From: Myxococcales bacterium
GTDB taxonomy: Bacteria > Myxococcota > Myxococcia > Myxococcales > Anaeromyxobacteraceae
Direction of reading: 5' to 3'
Assembly: GCA_038320275.1 (NCBI GenBank)
Contig: JBBQEB010000049.1
Coordinates: 1 to 24,006 of the forward strand
DNA: 24,006 nt
Part shown: positions 20,862-24,006 of the stretch, one piece after another
Layout: each line of letters begins with the position of its first letter
Numbering within the stretch: position 1 is the stretch's first letter
Made by a program: the position numbers and the translations under genes
The notes under the pieces: model-generated
Told to the model about the DNA's origin: nothing
What the model saw: the letters and a program-made list of their open reading frames with translations, nothing else
Databases searched by the model: none

Positions 20862-21899
20862 GTGGACCTTCCGTCCCTCCGACTGCCCGTGCTTCCCACC
20901 GAGGCGGGTACTGCCCGCGAGCACCTCACGGCGGCCGCCGACGGAGGAACCGCTCGCGCCGGCAGGCCCCCGCCCGCGGGGCTGCCGATGGATGCGAAGA
21001 AGCCCCCCTGGCTGCGAGTGGGCGTCCCGGGCGGCGAGCGCTACGCGCAGGTGAAGGACACCCTGCGCACCCTGCGACTTCACACCGTCTGCCAGGAAGC
21101 GCACTGCCCCAACGTGGCGGAGTGCTGGGGCGGCGGGACCGCCACCGTCATGCTGATGGGCGACACCTGCACGCGCGGGTGCCGCTTCTGCAATGTGAAG
21201 ACGGCCGCGCGCCCGCCGCCGCTCGACCCCGACGAGCCGCGGCACCTGGCCGACGCGCTCCGCGCGCTCTCGCTCGACTACGTCGTCGTCACGAGCGTCG
21301 ACCGGGACGACCTGCCCGACGGCGGGGCGGCGCACTTCGCCGAGGCCATCCGCCACCTGAAGAACGTACCCGGGCTGCTGGTGGAGGTGCTCACGCCCGA
21401 CTTCCGTGGAGATCCGGAGGCGGTGCGCACCATCGGCCGGGCGGCGCCGGACGTCTTCGCCAACAACCTCGAGACGGTGCGGCGGCTCACCCCCGCCGTC
21501 CGCGACGCCAAGGCCGGCTACGATCAGACGCTCGGCGTGCTCGCCCGCATGCGCCAGGAGTTCCCGGGCATCGTGACGAAGTCGTCCCTCATGGTGGGGC
21601 TGGGTGAGGGGGCGGACGAGGTGGAGGAGGCCATGCGCGACCTGCGCGCCGCCGGGGTCGACATCCTCACGCTCGGCCAGTACCTTCGCCCGTCGAGCTG
21701 GCATCTTCCGGTGGTGGCGTGGGTGACCCCGGAGCAGTTCCGCGCCTATCACGATATGGGCCTACGCCTCGGGTTCCGCTACGTCGCCAGCGGCCCTCTG
21801 GTGCGGTCGAGCTACCGGGCAGCGGAGCTGTTCCTGCGCGGCGAGATCGCCTCCAGGATCGGGCGAGGCGAAGACGAGGGGGCGGCCCGTGCGAGCTGA
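20862..21899 (+). CDS. lipA: Lipoyl synthase (start uncertain: 20850 ATG, 20862 GTG or later)
   Basis: [60 protein letters not shown]. Confidence 0.96.
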   Translation: MDLPSLRLPVLPTEAGTAREHLTAAADGGTARAGRPPPAGLPMDAKKPPWLRVGVPGGERYAQVKDTLRTLRLHTVCQEAHCPNVAECWGGGTATVMLMGDTCTRGCRFCNVKTAARPPPLDPDEPRHLADALRALSLDYVVVTSVDRDDLPDGGAAHFAEAIRHLKNVPGLLVEVLTPDFRGDPEAVRTIGRAAPDVFANNLETVRRLTPAVRDAKAGYDQTLGVLARMRQEFPGIVTKSSLMVGLGEGADEVEEAMRDLRAAGVDILTLGQYLRPSSWHLPVVAWVTPEQFRAYHDMGLRLGFRYVASGPLVRSSYRAAELFLRGEIASRIGRGEDEGAARAS

Positions 21900-23103
21900 G
21901 GCGGAGAGCGGGGCGCCCGCGCGGCTCAGGGCGAACGGAGCCGCTCCCGGCGCGCAGGCGGCGGCCGACGCCGCGCCCGCATCCGCACCGGAGCCGTTTC
22001 CGCTGAGTCGTGTGCTCGACGACGATGGAGACGCCGATCCGCGCGCGGTGGCGCTGCCCGACGCGGAGATCGTCGCCCTCTACCGCTGGATGGTGCTGAA
22101 CCGCGCCCTCGACGAGCGCATGGTCGCGATGCAGCGTCAGGGGCGCATCAACTTCTACATCGGCTCCATCGGCGAGGAGGCCACCGTGCTGGGCGCGGCG
22201 GGGGGCATGGAGCCGCACGACTGGATCTTTCCCAGCTACCGCGAGCACGGAGCCGCGCTGCAGCGCGGGATGCCACTCGCCACGTTCGTCTGCGACCTCC
22301 TGGGAAACGCGGGCGACGTCATGCTGGGACACCAGATGCCGTGTCACGAGGCCTGGCGCGAGGCACACTTCGCCTCCATCAGCTCGCCCATCGGCACCCA
22401 GATCCCGCAGGCGGTGGGCGCGGCCTGGGCGGCGCGCATCCGGGGCGATGCGATGGTGTCGCTCGTCTACTTCGGCGAGGGCGCCACCAGCTCCAACGAC
22501 TTCCACGCGGGCCTCAACTTCGCCGCGGTGCACAAGGTGCCGGTGGTCTTCCTCTGCCGGAACAATGGCTGGGCCATCAGCGTGCCGCGCGAGCGGCAGA
22601 CCGCCTCCGAGACGATCGCGCAGAAGGCGCTCGCCTACGGCATGCGCGGCGAACGCGTGGACGGGAACGATCTGCTCGCCGTCGTCGGCGCGGTGCGCCG
22701 CGCGCGCGCGCACGCAGCGGAGGGAGAGGGTCCCTCCCTCGTCGAGTGCGTCACGTACCGCCTGGAGGGCCATTCCACCTCCGACGATCCTCGCGCCTAC
22801 CGCCCCGCCGGCGAGGTGGAGGCCTGGCGCTTGAAGGACCCCATCCCTCGCATGAAGTCCTTCCTCACCCGCCGCGGCCTCCTCGACGAGGGGACCAGCA
22901 GCGCGATGGAGGCGGAGGTGCGCGAGACCATCGCGGCGGCCGTCCGCGAGGCCGAGGCATTTCCCGCCAAGCCGCCGCTGCGCACCATGTTCGAGGGCGT
23001 GTACGCAGAGCCCATGTGGCAGCAGCGCGAGGGCCTGGCCGAGCTCGAGGCGGCCGTGGCCGAAGACCCGCGCGTCGCCGATCCGCGCGCCGGACGGCGC
23101 TAG
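21889..23103 (+). CDS. 2-oxoacid dehydrogenase E1 alpha subunit, probably branched-chain type
   Basis: [38 protein letters not shown]...NN TPP motif, [12 protein letters not shown]. Confidence 0.92.
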   Translation: MRAEAESGAPARLRANGAAPGAQAAADAAPASAPEPFPLSRVLDDDGDADPRAVALPDAEIVALYRWMVLNRALDERMVAMQRQGRINFYIGSIGEEATVLGAAGGMEPHDWIFPSYREHGAALQRGMPLATFVCDLLGNAGDVMLGHQMPCHEAWREAHFASISSPIGTQIPQAVGAAWAARIRGDAMVSLVYFGEGATSSNDFHAGLNFAAVHKVPVVFLCRNNGWAISVPRERQTASETIAQKALAYGMRGERVDGNDLLAVVGAVRRARAHAAEGEGPSLVECVTYRLEGHSTSDDPRAYRPAGEVEAWRLKDPIPRMKSFLTRRGLLDEGTSSAMEAEVRETIAAAVREAEAFPAKPPLRTMFEGVYAEPMWQQREGLAELEAAVAEDPRVADPRAGRR

Positions 23104-23110
23104 ATCCCGG

Positions 23111-24006
23111 ATGCCCACCCTCAACATCATCCAGGCGGTGAACGACGCCCTGCGCGTCGAGATGCGCCGCGACCCCGACGTGGTGGTGCTCGGCGAGGAC
23201 ATCGGCAAGTTCGGCGGCGTCTTCCGGGCCACCCAGGGGCTCTACGAGGAGTTCGGAGCCGAGCGGGTGATCGACACGCCGCTCTCCGAGAGCGGCATCA
23301 TCGGCACCGCGGTGGGCATGGCCCTGTATGGCCTGCGCCCCGTACCCGAGATCCAGTTCGCCGACTTCATCTACCCGGCCATGGACCAGCTCCTGAGCGA
23401 GGTGGCGAAGTACCGCTACCGCTCCGGCGGCCAGTTCTCCTGCCCGATGGTCGTCCGCACGCCCTACGGCGGCGGCATCCGAGGCGGCCACTACCACTCG
23501 CAGTCGCCGGAGGCCCACTTCATCCACACGGCAGGGCTGAAGGTGGTGGTCCCCGCAACGCCCGAGGACGCCAAGGGGCTCCTCATCACGGCCATCCGCG
23601 ACCCCGACCCGGTGCTGTTCTTCGAGCCGAAGCGCGTCTACCGCGCGGCCAAGGGCGAGGTGCCGGAGGGCGACGAGGCCATCCCGCTGGGCAAGGCCAA
23701 GATCACGCGCGCTGGCCACGGGCTGACGGTGCTCGCGTGGGGGGCCATGTGGCACGAGGCCGACCAGGCGGCCCGCGAGGCGGAGGCCGAAGGGATCGAC
23801 TGCGAGGTGATCGACCTTCGCTCGCTCCAGCCGCTCGACCTCGACGCCATCGTCGGGTCGGTGAACAAGACGGGGCGGGCGGTCATCGTGCACGAGGCCC
23901 CGCGTACGTGCGGCTTCGGCGCGGAGCTGTGCGCGCTGCTCCAGGAGAGGTGCTTCCTGCACCTCGAGGCGCCCATCGCCCGGGTGACCGGGTTCGACAC
24001 GCCCTT
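23111..24006 (+). CDS. 2-oxoacid dehydrogenase E1 beta subunit (3'-truncated by window edge; absent from the ORF track)
   Basis: Read by hand: MPTLNIIQAVNDAL...GEDIGKFGGVFRAT...DTPLSE...EIQFADF...GGIRGGHYHSQSPEA. Confidence 0.95.
   Translation, partial: MPTLNIIQAVNDALRVEMRRDPDVVVLGEDIGKFGGVFRATQGLYEEFGAERVIDTPLSESGIIGTAVGMALYGLRPVPEIQFADFIYPAMDQLLSEVAKYRYRSGGQFSCPMVVRTPYGGGIRGGHYHSQSPEAHFIHTAGLKVVVPATPEDAKGLLITAIRDPDPVLFFEPKRVYRAAKGEVPEGDEAIPLGKAKITRAGHGLTVLAWGAMWHEADQAAREAEAEGIDCEVIDLRSLQPLDLDAIVGSVNKTGRAVIVHEAPRTCGFGAELCALLQERCFLHLEAPIARVTGFDTP

Overview
Very GC-rich bacterial chromosome segment. Gene content and order resemble Myxococcota (Anaeromyxobacter-like); this is an inference, not a database result. 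It is mostly housekeeping: sucC(3' part)-sucD-ndk; a CNNM/CorC gene, rlmN, a PfkB kinase and a metallophosphoesterase; a divergent PQQ-like beta-propeller gene and HARE-HTH/Mrr-like gene; a HEAT-repeat lipoprotein; hom, a thioesterase, glpX and an SRPBCC gene; a small protein behind a sigma54-like promoter; eno; thiC; an HD-GYP response regulator; lipA and 2-oxoacid dehydrogenase E1 alpha/beta. The strongest hidden signal is an exported rhodanese gene (19076-19477, -) that the ORF track truncates. It reads through an in-frame UGA in a C-x4-U active-site loop followed by a SECIS-like hairpin, so it is a probable selenoprotein. Other notable items: a perfect 80-bp duplication of a gene 3' end flanking a 136-bp hairpin-rich insert; a ~260-nt rod-like inverted-repeat region after thiC; a terminator/anti-SD leader before the CorC gene; a HARE-HTH protein with an apparently dead Mrr domain plus acidic and poly-Arg tracts; and thiC without a TPP riboswitch.
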